From Spirochaetaceae bacterium (GTDB lineage: Bacteria > Spirochaetota > Spirochaetia > DSM-2461), in the NCBI GenBank assembly GCA_965224705.1, contig OZ245056.1, positions 288,001-352,000 of the forward strand: 64,000 nucleotides of DNA, read 5' to 3'. The translations under genes and the position numbers were made by a program. Position 1 is the first letter of the stretch, and every line of letters starts with the position of its first letter. Positions 29,388-40,067 of the stretch are shown one piece after another. The notes under the pieces were generated by a model, which was not told the DNA's origin, ran no database searches, and saw only the letters and a list, made by a program, of their open reading frames with translations.

Positions 29388-31553
29388 ATGAATGATTTAC
29401 AACTGGATCCCCCCGATATTGACTCCGCCGATCTGGCCAAGGCACAGCGTATTGCTGATGAAGCAGAAGGAGGTGCACGGCACCTTAATCAAGGGGCAGG
29501 GAAATGGATTGTTCCTGCAATTGCCGGGTTATGGTCTGTTTTTCAACTCCTATTGCCCAGTGTCCTGATCATAGAAAGTACGATTGTACGGTCCATCCAT
29601 CTGACATTTGCCATTATCCTGGTTTTCCTTTCCAACCCCATGTTGAAGAAGTCCCGCAAAGGCAAACTGGCCGCATATTTGGGAGCAAAAGACCGAATAA
29701 CAATCATTGATTATACAACTGCTTTGATTGCCGGTGCGGCCGCCTTCTACCTGGCCTTTGAATTGATTATGCACCAGGTCAATCCAGCCTATGAGGGGAT
29801 TACAACCCGTCAGGGAAGACCAATCCTCCGGGATGTTGTGTTTGGTATTATACTCACCGTTCTGCTCCTTGAGGCAGCCCGGCGCTCTCTTGGACCCGCA
29901 TTGGCTGTCGTTGCATCATTGTTCATTGTCTACAGTTTTTTTGCCGCCAACATGCCTGTGGCGTTTAGTTTCAAAAGTGTTTCTCTCACAAAATTCATCA
30001 GCAAAATGACCATGTCCACGGAAGGAATTTACGGTGTACCTCTCTATGTTTCGGCCAATATTGTCTTCCTTTTCGTGCTGTTTGGTGCTTTGCTTGACAA
30101 AGCAGGTGCTGGACGTTACTTTGTTGACCTTGCTTTCAGCTTGATGGGACGATTCAAGGGTGGTCCTGCTAAAGCTGCCGTATTGGCAAGCGGTCTTACA
30201 GGAATGGTGTCCGGATCCAGCATAGCCAACACGGTTACAACGGGAACATTTACCATCCCTCTGATGAAGAAAGTCGGGTATCCTGCCTACAAATCCGGGG
30301 CTATTGAGGTGGCCGTCTCAACGAATGGCCAGCTTATGCCGCCCATCATGGGAGCCGCCGCCTTTATCATTGCGGAAACGGTTAATATACCCTATGTGGA
30401 AGTTATCAGAGCTGCTTTCATCCCTGCTATAATCAGTTACATTGCATTGTTGTACATTGTTCATCTGGAGGCATCCAAACTTGGAATTCATGGTCTAACC
30501 AAAGATGAATTGCCGTCTTTCTTTGGAACTCTGATTCGAGGTCTTCACTTTCTCATACCGCTGTTTTTCCTCATTATCGAACTTGTTGTTCTCCGGCATT
30601 CTCCTAATCTTGCTGCTTTTCGGGCAATAATAGCCCTTATGGTCATAATTCCATTGGAAAACCTGTGGAGAGCATACAGGAGTGAGGAAGGCTTGAAAGC
30701 CAGTTGGAAACAGGCAATACACAAAGGACTGAGGCAGATATGGGAGGCATTAGTAGCCGGCGGCAAAAACATGATGGGAATTGGTGTTGCCGTGGCGGCT
30801 GCAGGTATCATTGTTGGTGTTGTCACCTTTGGATTGGGCGGCATTATAACCGAAGCCATTGAGATTCTGGCAGGAGGCCGATTCTTCCTCATCCTTGTTA
30901 TTACGGCTCTGGCTTCCCTGCTGCTGGGGATGGGCCTACCCACGACAGCGACCTACATTGTTATGGCCGCTCTGACGGCACCGGTTATCGTTGAACTTGG
31001 TGCAAAAAGCGGGGTGGTATTCCCCCTCATTGCAGCCCATCTTTTTGTCTTTTTCTTTGGGATACTGGCTGATGATACACCGCCTGTAGGACTGGCCGCC
31101 TTTGCTGCTTCAGCCATTGCCAGATCCAATCCCATAAAAACCGGAGTACAGGGTTTTGGATATGACATTAGAACGGCCATATTGCCATTCATTTTCGTGT
31201 TTAATCCCGATCTGCTCCTCCATGAAGTAACAAGTCCTGTTTATGCTGTATGGGTGTTTTTGACGGCCATGCTGGCCATGTTTGCCTTTGCAGCCTTAAC
31301 TCAGGGTTATATGAGGATGCCCATAAAATGGTGGGAATATGGAGTACTGGCCGTTGTCAGTTTCGGCCTGCTTATGCCGCGATTTCTGGCAGAGAAAGTA
31401 CTCAATCCACTTCTGGCGGCCAATCACCCCCTGACTGAGGGGTACGGCAGTACTGTGCTTGTTGGAATTGTAATATTGCTGATTTACGGATTACTCTACG
31501 GACGACAGGTGTGGAGAGAGAAGAAACGGACAGAAGCGGCTGCAGCAGTCTGA
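29388..31553 (+). CDS. TRAP transporter fused 4TM/12TM permease
   Basis: GGPAKAAV, SGSSIAN..TTGTFTIPLMK, PPIMGAAAF, GMGLPT, DDTPPV. Confidence 0.95.
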   Translation: MNDLQLDPPDIDSADLAKAQRIADEAEGGARHLNQGAGKWIVPAIAGLWSVFQLLLPSVLIIESTIVRSIHLTFAIILVFLSNPMLKKSRKGKLAAYLGAKDRITIIDYTTALIAGAAAFYLAFELIMHQVNPAYEGITTRQGRPILRDVVFGIILTVLLLEAARRSLGPALAVVASLFIVYSFFAANMPVAFSFKSVSLTKFISKMTMSTEGIYGVPLYVSANIVFLFVLFGALLDKAGAGRYFVDLAFSLMGRFKGGPAKAAVLASGLTGMVSGSSIANTVTTGTFTIPLMKKVGYPAYKSGAIEVAVSTNGQLMPPIMGAAAFIIAETVNIPYVEVIRAAFIPAIISYIALLYIVHLEASKLGIHGLTKDELPSFFGTLIRGLHFLIPLFFLIIELVVLRHSPNLAAFRAIIALMVIIPLENLWRAYRSEEGLKASWKQAIHKGLRQIWEALVAGGKNMMGIGVAVAAAGIIVGVVTFGLGGIITEAIEILAGGRFFLILVITALASLLLGMGLPTTATYIVMAALTAPVIVELGAKSGVVFPLIAAHLFVFFFGILADDTPPVGLAAFAASAIARSNPIKTGVQGFGYDIRTAILPFIFVFNPDLLLHEVTSPVYAVWVFLTAMLAMFAFAALTQGYMRMPIKWWEYGVLAVVSFGLLMPRFLAEKVLNPLLAANHPLTEGYGSTVLVGIVILLIYGLLYGRQVWREKKRTEAAAAV

Positions 31554-31554
31554 A

Positions 31555-32382
31555 TTGAAAATGCTTGAACCTGAAGCACTCTTCCTGGACGTCGATGGAA
31601 CCATACTGAAGTCGGACCATAGTTTGTCAGAAAGGATAGTCCATGCAATTAAAAGACTGTCCCGGAAGAAAGTTGCTGTAATCCTGGCAACGGGGCGCAG
31701 TTGGGAGGCTCTCAAGCCCATACATGATACTTTAGCACTAACAGGTTGGGCCATCTGCTATAACGGAGCCAATATTGTTGACAGTTCAAGTGGTCAATGT
31801 GTTTTCAAAAGAATAATGGCTGAAGATGTGAGTCGGCATGTCATAGAGACTGCCAATAGCCAGGGGATGGAAATACTGGCCTACCGACATGGTCAGCTTC
31901 TCTATGAGAAAATGGACAGAGGACTTGTTGATTATCATAAAAGGATTAATCTACAGGGAGAAGCTGTCAGTTTTTCTGATTACAAGGATTTATCCCTGAC
32001 CAAGTGTATTATTATCTCTTCACCTGAAAAACTGGTACGAACTAAGAGAACACTGGAAGAGCGGTTTTCATCGGACTGCCTGTATGCGACATTTTCAGAT
32101 CCCTCCTATCTTGAAATTCTCCCCGGTGGTGTGAATAAGGGCCTTGCATTGCGAAAGGTATGCCGCTACCTTGGAATCTCATCCATGGAAACCATGGCCA
32201 TTGGGGATGCCTGGAATGATTTTCCCCTCCTTGAGGCGGCTGGATATTCATGGCTTATGGGTGGCGCAACGCCTGATCTTAAGAAGAAATTCCCCCGGAA
32301 CCGCATTCTTCCAACGTCGGATGACGATGGAGCTGCATTGGTTCTGGAAGCTGTGCTGGGAGACAGGGAATACCCGAATTGA
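31555..32382 (+). CDS. Cof-type HAD-IIB hydrolase
   Basis: DVDGT, ATGR, NGA, NKG and GDAWND motifs. Confidence 0.9.
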   Translation: MKMLEPEALFLDVDGTILKSDHSLSERIVHAIKRLSRKKVAVILATGRSWEALKPIHDTLALTGWAICYNGANIVDSSSGQCVFKRIMAEDVSRHVIETANSQGMEILAYRHGQLLYEKMDRGLVDYHKRINLQGEAVSFSDYKDLSLTKCIIISSPEKLVRTKRTLEERFSSDCLYATFSDPSYLEILPGGVNKGLALRKVCRYLGISSMETMAIGDAWNDFPLLEAAGYSWLMGGATPDLKKKFPRNRILPTSDDDGAALVLEAVLGDREYPN

Positions 32383-33113
32383 ATACCTGGCTGGACAGGG
32401 TTGATGTGATTCTCTGTCGGCCGGAAGGGGCACTCAATGTGGGAGCCTGCTGCCGGTCTCTTAAAACCATGGGACTGAACAGCCTTGTTCTGATATCCGC
32501 ACCAGTATTTGATGTCAGCGAAGTCAGAAAAATGTCACTGCATGCCTGGGATGTTTACCAAAAAGCCCGAAGATTTGAAGCATTGGAAGATGCACTGGCT
32601 GATACGGTATTGTCCGCAGGTATCACCAGACGCCGGGGTGTTCGGCGAAAATGGTTCAGTTTGCTTCCGGAGGAACTTGCTTTGCGTGCTTCTTCACTGA
32701 AAACGGGAAGAATTGCCCTGGTATTTGGAAACGAAAAAGATGGCTTAAGTGATGAGGAACTGCGTCACTGTAATGTCGCCTGTCATATTCCCGCTTCACC
32801 AGACTTTCCCTCTCTTAACCTGTCCCATGCTGTACAGTTAATTTCATCGGCCCTATGGCGTGCGGCCAGCAAAGAAAGAATTGCCCGCTACGAACCCATT
32901 TCCCGGACCGAAATAGATGAACTGGTTCAAGTAATCCATGATGCCCTGGAAGGAACGAATTATTTCAAAACCGCAGACAGATTGGATACAGACCGTTATT
33001 TTCGGGATATTCTTACACGGGCAGCCCTGAGTGTACGGGAAGCCAGGCATATGGAAAAAATCTACCGGAAACTTCAGTATCTGATAAAACCATCAAATGA
33101 GGATGAATGCTGA
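32379..33113 (+). CDS. TrmJ/LasT family RNA methyltransferase
   Basis: NVGACCR, ALVFGNEKDGLS, IPASPDFPSLNLSHAV. Confidence 0.85.
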   Translation: MNTWLDRVDVILCRPEGALNVGACCRSLKTMGLNSLVLISAPVFDVSEVRKMSLHAWDVYQKARRFEALEDALADTVLSAGITRRRGVRRKWFSLLPEELALRASSLKTGRIALVFGNEKDGLSDEELRHCNVACHIPASPDFPSLNLSHAVQLISSALWRAASKERIARYEPISRTEIDELVQVIHDALEGTNYFKTADRLDTDRYFRDILTRAALSVREARHMEKIYRKLQYLIKPSNEDEC

Positions 33114-33341
33114 CTCAATAAAAGACACCTTTCAGACATGTCACTGTGTCGCCCAGAACGGTTGCATGATTACTTGAATACCCGTCGGGTTAAATAGGGG
33201 AAGAGAGGAATCCGGGAATGAAGCCTGGCCGTTGCATTCCATCCTATATCAGTGTGTAGAAAGCCGCATTCTTCTTTCCAGTACTTGCAACTCTTGCCAT
33301 CACTCCCCTGAAAATAGTAAAAACTCCTATTGGTGGTTTGA

Positions 33342-34529
33342 GTGAGCCTGCAGAATAATAAGTTTTCTTTCAATGTTATGGACAGTATTCACAGGGTCGA
33401 TGCCAGTCAATGGAATCTCTTTGCACAGCGGGAGGAGTATTCTCCCTTTCTTGAGTATGAGTTCCTTGCAGCATTGGAGTCTGCTGGATGTGCATCCCCG
33501 ACAACGGGATGGTATCCCGCTCATTTCATATTGAATGCAGGAGAACGCATCATCGGCATTGCCCCTGCCTACATTAAAACGCACAGCATGGGTGAATTCA
33601 TATTCGACCAGGGACTGGCTCATGCTTTGATGAACATGGGGAAGAAATATTACCCGAAGCTTGTGGGCACATTGCCCTTCACTCCTTCTCCAGGATATAG
33701 ATTTCTCGTTGATCCCGACCATGATGAAACCGTTGTGACTCAAGCCCTTCTGGAAGGTATGTCTGCGTATTGCGACCGAATGGAACTGGCCTCTCACTCC
33801 CTCCTGTTTCTTGACCCGGACTGGAAAGCTTTCAACTCCAGCCCGTCGAAAAACAGCTTCTCGTCATGGGAGCATCAGTATTATTTGTGGGAAAACAGGT
33901 CCTATACAGCTTTTTATGATTATCTTGACAGGTTTAATAAGAATCAGCGGCGAAACATCAGAAGGGAACGTGATTCCGTTAAATCTCAGGGAATTGAAGT
34001 CAAATGTTTCTCAGGAAAGGATGTAACGGAATCGATTATGGATAAAATGTTTGATTTCTACCAGGCAACTAACGAAAAATTTGGTATGTGGGCCGCTTTT
34101 TTTCTGAACCGTCAGTGCTTTCACGATCTGGGACGAAACTGGGGACATCGACTCATTATTTTTGCAGCCTTTCACGCCCGGTCAGACGAACCTGTTGCCA
34201 TGAGCTTGCTGGTCAACAAAGATAAACATCTTATTGGTCGATACTGGGGGGCATCGGAATTTATCCAGAATCTCCATTTTGAGTTGTGCTACTATTCCCC
34301 CCTGGAATACGCAATCCAGAATGATATCAAGTTTTTCGACCCAGGAATGGGGTCAACACACAAAACCCGGCGAGGATTTGGCAGCCGGCATTTTCTAAGC
34401 TGTCACTTATTCTCAGACATGGAAATCAATCAGCTATTTAAAATTCTGCTTCATGAAGCAAATCGCTGTGAGCACGAGAACATTGAAAAACTCAATGAAT
34501 CAGTTCCATGGAGTAAAAGCCAGAAATGA
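33342..34529 (+). CDS. FemAB-like GNAT family protein (DUF482-type)
   Basis: PFLEYEFLAALE, HSMGEFIFD, YYPKL, GRYWG, LHFELCYY. Confidence 0.85.
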   Translation: MSLQNNKFSFNVMDSIHRVDASQWNLFAQREEYSPFLEYEFLAALESAGCASPTTGWYPAHFILNAGERIIGIAPAYIKTHSMGEFIFDQGLAHALMNMGKKYYPKLVGTLPFTPSPGYRFLVDPDHDETVVTQALLEGMSAYCDRMELASHSLLFLDPDWKAFNSSPSKNSFSSWEHQYYLWENRSYTAFYDYLDRFNKNQRRNIRRERDSVKSQGIEVKCFSGKDVTESIMDKMFDFYQATNEKFGMWAAFFLNRQCFHDLGRNWGHRLIIFAAFHARSDEPVAMSLLVNKDKHLIGRYWGASEFIQNLHFELCYYSPLEYAIQNDIKFFDPGMGSTHKTRRGFGSRHFLSCHLFSDMEINQLFKILLHEANRCEHENIEKLNESVPWSKSQK

Positions 34530-35329
34530 AAGACTATTATGCCATCCTTAAACTCCAGCCTGACTGCACAAAAGCCGATATCCGCCGTGCATACAGAGTC
34601 CAGGCTAAGGCACTCCATCCGGATTTTGCTGGAGAAAAAGGAACGGCCCGGTTTCTGACACTCAAGGAAGCCTATGAGGTTTTGATATCATCAGCAACAC
34701 GGAATCACTATGATGCGACTCGCAGAACCCGGGCCCGCACTCGAACATCCGCCAATTGGAATTATCGTGACTTTCTCAAGCAGGATATGGACGATCCAGA
34801 CAACATTGCCAGGCTTATTTGTTTCGACCTTCTCCATGACGAAGATGATGAAGCTGTAGAACTCTATGAAAATGCTCATTACGGGGGAATTTTTTCGCTG
34901 AGAGATCATACTGACAGAGAAGATTTCATGGACTTCGGTTTCCTGCTGGCCGAAGCTTATCTGAAGCGGGAGGCTGTTGTTAAAGCATTCAGACTGCTTC
35001 GGGGCCTTGCTGCGCTGGAGGAGGAAGATCCATATTTCAAACATTTTTACGTAGAAGTCCTCAACAGGCTATCCTCCATTGTCAGACATTCAATACCGGA
35101 GGATACGGACAACAGATTAAGGATTGAATTCCTGAAAGAAATTGTTCAACTCTCTTACCCAAAAAAAGAAGAAGCGCAGCTCAGGAAACTCCTCTCAGAA
35201 ATTCTCAGTGCTTCGGGACAATATGAACTGGCAGCCAAAGAAATTCTGCATGCCTGTGAATTGGACCCAAAACTACCAGGCCTCAGGGAAACTGTGGAAG
35301 TTCTGAAGAGTATTGGATTTCCTACATGA
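34526..35329 (+). CDS. J-domain (DnaJ-like) protein
   Basis: DYYAIL...AYR...LHPD...EAYEVL J domain with HPD motif; helical C-terminus. Confidence 0.85.
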   Translation: MKDYYAILKLQPDCTKADIRRAYRVQAKALHPDFAGEKGTARFLTLKEAYEVLISSATRNHYDATRRTRARTRTSANWNYRDFLKQDMDDPDNIARLICFDLLHDEDDEAVELYENAHYGGIFSLRDHTDREDFMDFGFLLAEAYLKREAVVKAFRLLRGLAALEEEDPYFKHFYVEVLNRLSSIVRHSIPEDTDNRLRIEFLKEIVQLSYPKKEEAQLRKLLSEILSASGQYELAAKEILHACELDPKLPGLRETVEVLKSIGFPT

Positions 35330-35816
35330 ATCTGGAGTCAGTTCTTTCCCAGCCATGTGCGAAGTCATCCCTGGAGAACCAGATATCCAGTTCCTTCTCT
35401 GCACTCTCCAGTGAATCTGAGGCGTGGATAAGATTTGGGATTACTCCAAGCCGTTCCTTACTCCGATCATATCCCATGTGGCAGTAATCACCGCGTATGC
35501 TTCCTGGAGCCGCCTCTCTTGGTTCCGTCGATCCGACAGCTTTGCGAACAACTTCTATGGAATGAGCTCCTTCCACCGCCATCAGAACTATTGGTCCTGA
35601 AGTGAGTAAGGACAGCAGTGGTTCATAGTACGGTTTTCCTTGATGGCTTTCATAATGCCTTTCCGCATCTTCACGAGTTGCATTCCGCATCTTCAGAGCA
35701 GTAATGGTTAATCCAATTTTTTCAAAACGAGCAATTATTGTACCGGTGAGAGCTCTTTGTACAGCATCAGGTTTGAGTAGAATGAGTGTTCTTTCCCATG
35801 TATTATTTGTTTTCAT
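35322..35816 (-). CDS. ndk: Nucleoside diphosphate kinase
   Basis: ERTLILLKPDAV, PGSIRGD, NLIHASDS. Confidence 0.95.
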   Translation of the reverse strand: MKTNNTWERTLILLKPDAVQRALTGTIIARFEKIGLTITALKMRNATREDAERHYESHQGKPYYEPLLSLLTSGPIVLMAVEGAHSIEVVRKAVGSTEPREAAPGSIRGDYCHMGYDRSKERLGVIPNLIHASDSLESAEKELDIWFSRDDFAHGWERTDSRFM

Positions 35817-35985
35817 ATCTCAAGTCTATCATCTTACTGTGAATGATTCATCAACATAATCAGATTTTAGATGCCAAATCACCTCCCCTCATCAACTGCC
35901 ATAATCGAACTTCTTTTTCTTGACCCAATCATGCCTCTGGATTCAGAATGACTTCAAATAATATTAATAGAAAAGGAGTATTTTA

Positions 35986-37359
35986 ATGGAAAGTACGGCG
36001 TTGGGCTTTAGAGCCCGAGTACAGCGCTTCGGTCGTTTTCTAAGCGGAATGGTAATGCCCAACATAGGCGCATTCTTAGCATGGGGACTCATTACTGCCC
36101 TGTTCATCCCGACTGGATGGATTCCCAGTGAAAGATTCGCAGCTCTTGTAGGACCCATGATTGTTAATCTGCTTCCCCTGCTGATTGCTTTTACAGGCGG
36201 TCGCATGGTGTGGGGAATCAGAGGTGGTGTTGTTGGTGCAATTGCGGCTATGGGTGTGATTGTCGGTGCCGAAATACCCATGTTCCTGGGTGCCATGCTG
36301 ATGGGCCCCATTGGCGGCTGGGTTATTAAGAAGTTTGATCAATTCGTAGAACCACACACTCCTGTTGGGTTTGAAATGCTTATAAACAACTTTTCTGCTG
36401 GTATTTTAGGGGGTGTTTTAGCTGTTGTGGCCCTTGTAACCATTAATCCTCTGGTTACTGCTGTTACAGGAGTTTTGCAGGCCGGAGTTGGCTTCTTTGT
36501 CAACAAAGGCTTGCTCCCCCTTACTTCCATATTTATAGAGCCTGGAAAAATTCTCTTTCTTAACAATGCTATCAACCATGGAATTCTGGGGCCGCTTGGT
36601 ATTGCTCAAGTGCAGGAGGCCGGTAAATCCATACTCTTCCTGCTTGAAACCAATCCCGGCCCTGGTCTGGGGATCCTTCTTGCATACTTCTTTGCTGGGA
36701 AAGGAACTGTGAAAGATTCAACTCCTGGTTCCATTATAATCCATTTCTTTGGCGGTATCCACGAGATTTACTTCCCCTATGTTCTTATGAATCCTGCACT
36801 TGTTCTTGCAGTCATTGCCGGTGGTGCATCCGGTGTTCTTACCTTTGGCATCTTCAAGGCTGCAGCAGTAGCCACTCCTTCTCCCGGAAGTATACTTGCC
36901 CTGATGGCCGTTGCTCCCAAGGGGGGGCATATTGGTATTCTGCTTGGCATCGCTGTTGCGACCGCTGTTAGTTTCATTGTTGCCGTGCCTCTGGTCCGCC
37001 GATTCAATAAACGAAGCCTTGAAGGTGATGATCAGCTTGAAACGGCAAAGAAGCAGATGCAGGACATGAAAAACCTGGGTAAAGTAACCAAAATTATCTT
37101 TGCCTGCGATGCCGGCATGGGTTCCAGTGCCATGGGTGCCAACAGATTGAAGAAAAAACTCAAGGCAGCCGGTGCGGATGTTATCGTGGAACATGCTCCT
37201 GTCGACGATATCCCCTCAGATGCACAATTGGTTATTTCTCATGTTAATCTGACAGAACGGGCTAAAGCTGTTGCTCCGAATGCCCGGCATTTCAGTATTA
37301 CCAATTTTGTCAATGCTCCTGAGTATGATATCATTGTCAAGGAATTGACAGGAAAGTAG
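35986..37359 (+). CDS. mtlA: PTS mannitol transporter EIICB
   Basis: FLSGMVMPNIGAF, FLNNAINHG, NPGPG, GGIHEIYFPY, ACDAGMGSSAMG. Confidence 0.95.
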   Translation: MESTALGFRARVQRFGRFLSGMVMPNIGAFLAWGLITALFIPTGWIPSERFAALVGPMIVNLLPLLIAFTGGRMVWGIRGGVVGAIAAMGVIVGAEIPMFLGAMLMGPIGGWVIKKFDQFVEPHTPVGFEMLINNFSAGILGGVLAVVALVTINPLVTAVTGVLQAGVGFFVNKGLLPLTSIFIEPGKILFLNNAINHGILGPLGIAQVQEAGKSILFLLETNPGPGLGILLAYFFAGKGTVKDSTPGSIIIHFFGGIHEIYFPYVLMNPALVLAVIAGGASGVLTFGIFKAAAVATPSPGSILALMAVAPKGGHIGILLGIAVATAVSFIVAVPLVRRFNKRSLEGDDQLETAKKQMQDMKNLGKVTKIIFACDAGMGSSAMGANRLKKKLKAAGADVIVEHAPVDDIPSDAQLVISHVNLTERAKAVAPNARHFSITNFVNAPEYDIIVKELTGK

Positions 37360-37511
37360 AGAATAAGGGTGTAAGATTTTTCTGTACTTCTTCATCCAGA
37401 ATCCCTTACACCCTGAGCTTGACCGCCCTCGGTACGGTACCGAGGGCAAAACCTGACAGCACCGGTGTCAGTAGTGGAATTCGATTAAATAGAAAGCAAG
37501 GAGAGTGATCT

Positions 37512-37997
37512 ATGGCAAATTTCGTGGACAGATTGATTACAAGCGGTACAATCGCAGTGGGTAAAGAAGTCCGGGACTGGGAAGATGCGGTTCGAACAGG
37601 TGGGCTGATGATGGTCAACGCAGGCATGGTTAACAACAACTATGTCGAGGCAATAATCGCGAACCACAAAGAGATTGGCCCGTATTTTGTCATTGCACCG
37701 GGCATAGCCATGCCGCATGCCAAACCTGAAAACGGAGTTTTAAAGACAGGCTATGCGTTGATTACACTTAAAAAACCTGTTTTGTTCGGTGATAAGGAAA
37801 ATGATCCTGTTGACATTCTTATTTTTGCCGGAGCCATCAACAGGGAAGAGCACAATCAGGAAGTCATCCCTCAGGTTGCCGAACTCTGTGACAGTGAGAA
37901 ATACATTGATGCCCTGAGGAAAGCTGACAGTAAATCAGGTGTCGAGAAAGTTTTAAAGGAATTTGCCGCAGAGTTGGAATCTGGAGAACTGGATTAG
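37512..37997 (+). CDS. PTS EIIA component (CmtB/UlaC-like)
   Basis: GPYFVIAPGIAMPHAKPE phospho-His motif. Confidence 0.88.
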   Translation: MANFVDRLITSGTIAVGKEVRDWEDAVRTGGLMMVNAGMVNNNYVEAIIANHKEIGPYFVIAPGIAMPHAKPENGVLKTGYALITLKKPVLFGDKENDPVDILIFAGAINREEHNQEVIPQVAELCDSEKYIDALRKADSKSGVEKVLKEFAAELESGELD

Positions 37998-38047
37998 ATG
38001 CCATCCGTTGGGAAAAACTTGGAAAGCCGCTGGTAAGGAGGTAATGA

Positions 38048-38305
38048 ATGATAGGAAAAGCTGTGGAAGTAACAAATGAGGAAGGTTTGCATATCAGACC
38101 TGCCAACAGTTTTGTAAAGATGGTTCGGGAGTTTGAATCAGATGTGAAGATTAGAAAAAATGATGCGGAAGTATCAGGAAGCAGTCTTCTGAAAATCATG
38201 AAACTGGGCATTGTCAAAGGTGATACTGTTACGCTTATCTGCGATGGTCCGGATGAAGAAAAAGCTTTTGAAGCTCTTTCGGCATTGATTCGGCCAGAGG
38301 TATAA
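38048..38305 (+). CDS. ptsH: Phosphocarrier protein HPr
   Basis: GLHIRPA His15 motif, 85 aa. Confidence 0.9.
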   Translation: MIGKAVEVTNEEGLHIRPANSFVKMVREFESDVKIRKNDAEVSGSSLLKIMKLGIVKGDTVTLICDGPDEEKAFEALSALIRPEV

Positions 38306-38310
38306 TTCTC

Positions 38311-40062
38311 ATGTTCAAGGGTGTACCATCATCACCGGGAATCGGTATTGGAACGGTATTTGTTCCTCATGAGAATAAAATTCCTCTGGATTTTCCTGGA
38401 ACTGATTGGAGCAGTGAAAAAGATGGAGAAAAGGTCGATAAAAGCAAGGTTGTGGAAGCTGAAATGCAGCGCTTCAGTCGCGGCCAAAAAGTTGCAATCA
38501 CTCATTACGAATCTCTGATTGAACGAGTCCGCAAAAATATCGGAGAAGATGAGGCCGAAATTTTCGAGGGACATCTGGAAATTCTTCAAGGTGAAGATAT
38601 TTCAGAGTACGTTGAAGAGACTATCTCCAATTCTGGAGCAAGTGCCGAACAGGCTGCAATAGATTTTACGGAAGCAACGGCCAGGGATCTGGAGGAAATG
38701 GAATCTTCATACTTTCAGCAGAGAGCTGGTGATATCAGAGATATAGGACGCCAGCTCGTTGAAGCAATTTACTATGGGTCCATAACAATTCCCGGGGAAC
38801 TGCCTGATGAAAGTGTCGTGGTTGCTGAGGAACTCACACCGTCAGCGACTGCCCGATTGAATGTTGACAAAGTTGTTGGGATTGCAACCGAAAAGGGGGG
38901 GAGAACTTCCCATGCGGCAATTCTGGCCCGTTCCCTCTCCATCCCCTGTGTTACAGGAGTTAAAGGTCTTCTGGACGCTGTTCACAGCGGGATGCCCATC
39001 ATTGTCAATGGTGATGAAGGGACGGTTGATATTGATTTAACACAGGAGAAGCTTGATGCAACAGCAAAGCGTATTGATGCTGTCCATGAGCAGGCTGATC
39101 GCCGGCGGTCCTGGTCTCTGAAGAAGGTTTCGGAATGGGCCGATGGCCGAAAATACAATCTCTTTGCCAATATCAGCGGTGCGGCCGAGGCCGTGAATGC
39201 CCGGGCTATCGGGGCGGAAGGAGTAGGCCTCTTCCGGACAGAGTTCTTATTCATGCGGTTTCCTGACTTCCCTTCTGTAGATTTGCAGGCCGAAGAATAC
39301 CGTGCGGTATGCAGAGCCATGGCACCATCACCTGTTATCGTTCGCCTCCTTGATTGCGGAGCGGATAAACCGCTTCCCTATGCCTGGCATCAGGAAGAGG
39401 ATAATCCCTTTCTTGGCGAAAGAGGAATTCGCTTCCTCATGAACCGGGAAAAAAGACTCAAGGCACAAATTGAAGCCATTGCTAGAGTTTATTCTGAGGG
39501 TTGTGCCATCAAGATTATGATTCCCATGGTCATTTCCGCCAGTGAGATAGAAGCTGTTCGCAGCTTTGTACCCCGGGATGCTTCCGATCTTCCGGTAGGG
39601 ATAATGGTAGAAACACCAGCGGCTGTATTGACAATTGACAGTCTGGCCCGGATCTCCGACTTCATCAGTGTCGGTACAAATGATCTTGTACAGTACCTTC
39701 TGACAGTGGACAGGGGCAATCCTGGTGTCGCTTCCTACTATCAGGAGTTTCACCCGGCAGTGATCACGGCCCTGGATCGTATCGTTTCAGGAGCTCATTC
39801 GGCGGGAATCCATGTTGGAGTGTGCGGCGATACGGCCAGCTATCCAGATACAGCTCTCGCATTGATGGCTCTTGGAGTGGATGAAATAAGTGCCAGTGTC
39901 AATGCCATACCGGAACTCAAAGCGTGTTTTTCATGTTTTACCCGTGAGGATCTGTATGCACTTGGAGAAAAACTCAGAGGATCTCCCAATGCTGAAAGTG
40001 CTCGATCAGAAGTGCAGGATCTTATCAAGGACATTCCCCAGGCACCCTGGGACAGCCCTTAA
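38311..40062 (+). CDS. ptsI: PEP-protein phosphotransferase (enzyme I)
   Basis: GGRTSHAAILARSL, GVGLFRTEFLF, NPFLGERGIR, MVETP, SVGTNDL, VCG. Confidence 0.93.
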   Translation: MFKGVPSSPGIGIGTVFVPHENKIPLDFPGTDWSSEKDGEKVDKSKVVEAEMQRFSRGQKVAITHYESLIERVRKNIGEDEAEIFEGHLEILQGEDISEYVEETISNSGASAEQAAIDFTEATARDLEEMESSYFQQRAGDIRDIGRQLVEAIYYGSITIPGELPDESVVVAEELTPSATARLNVDKVVGIATEKGGRTSHAAILARSLSIPCVTGVKGLLDAVHSGMPIIVNGDEGTVDIDLTQEKLDATAKRIDAVHEQADRRRSWSLKKVSEWADGRKYNLFANISGAAEAVNARAIGAEGVGLFRTEFLFMRFPDFPSVDLQAEEYRAVCRAMAPSPVIVRLLDCGADKPLPYAWHQEEDNPFLGERGIRFLMNREKRLKAQIEAIARVYSEGCAIKIMIPMVISASEIEAVRSFVPRDASDLPVGIMVETPAAVLTIDSLARISDFISVGTNDLVQYLLTVDRGNPGVASYYQEFHPAVITALDRIVSGAHSAGIHVGVCGDTASYPDTALALMALGVDEISASVNAIPELKACFSCFTREDLYALGEKLRGSPNAESARSEVQDLIKDIPQAPWDSP

Positions 40063-40067
40063 GGATA

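Noticed and set aside
33242..33300. Ribosomal protein L28-like start (MARVASTGKK) on the minus strand
   Set aside because: Stops after 18 codons and lacks the rest of the L28 pattern.
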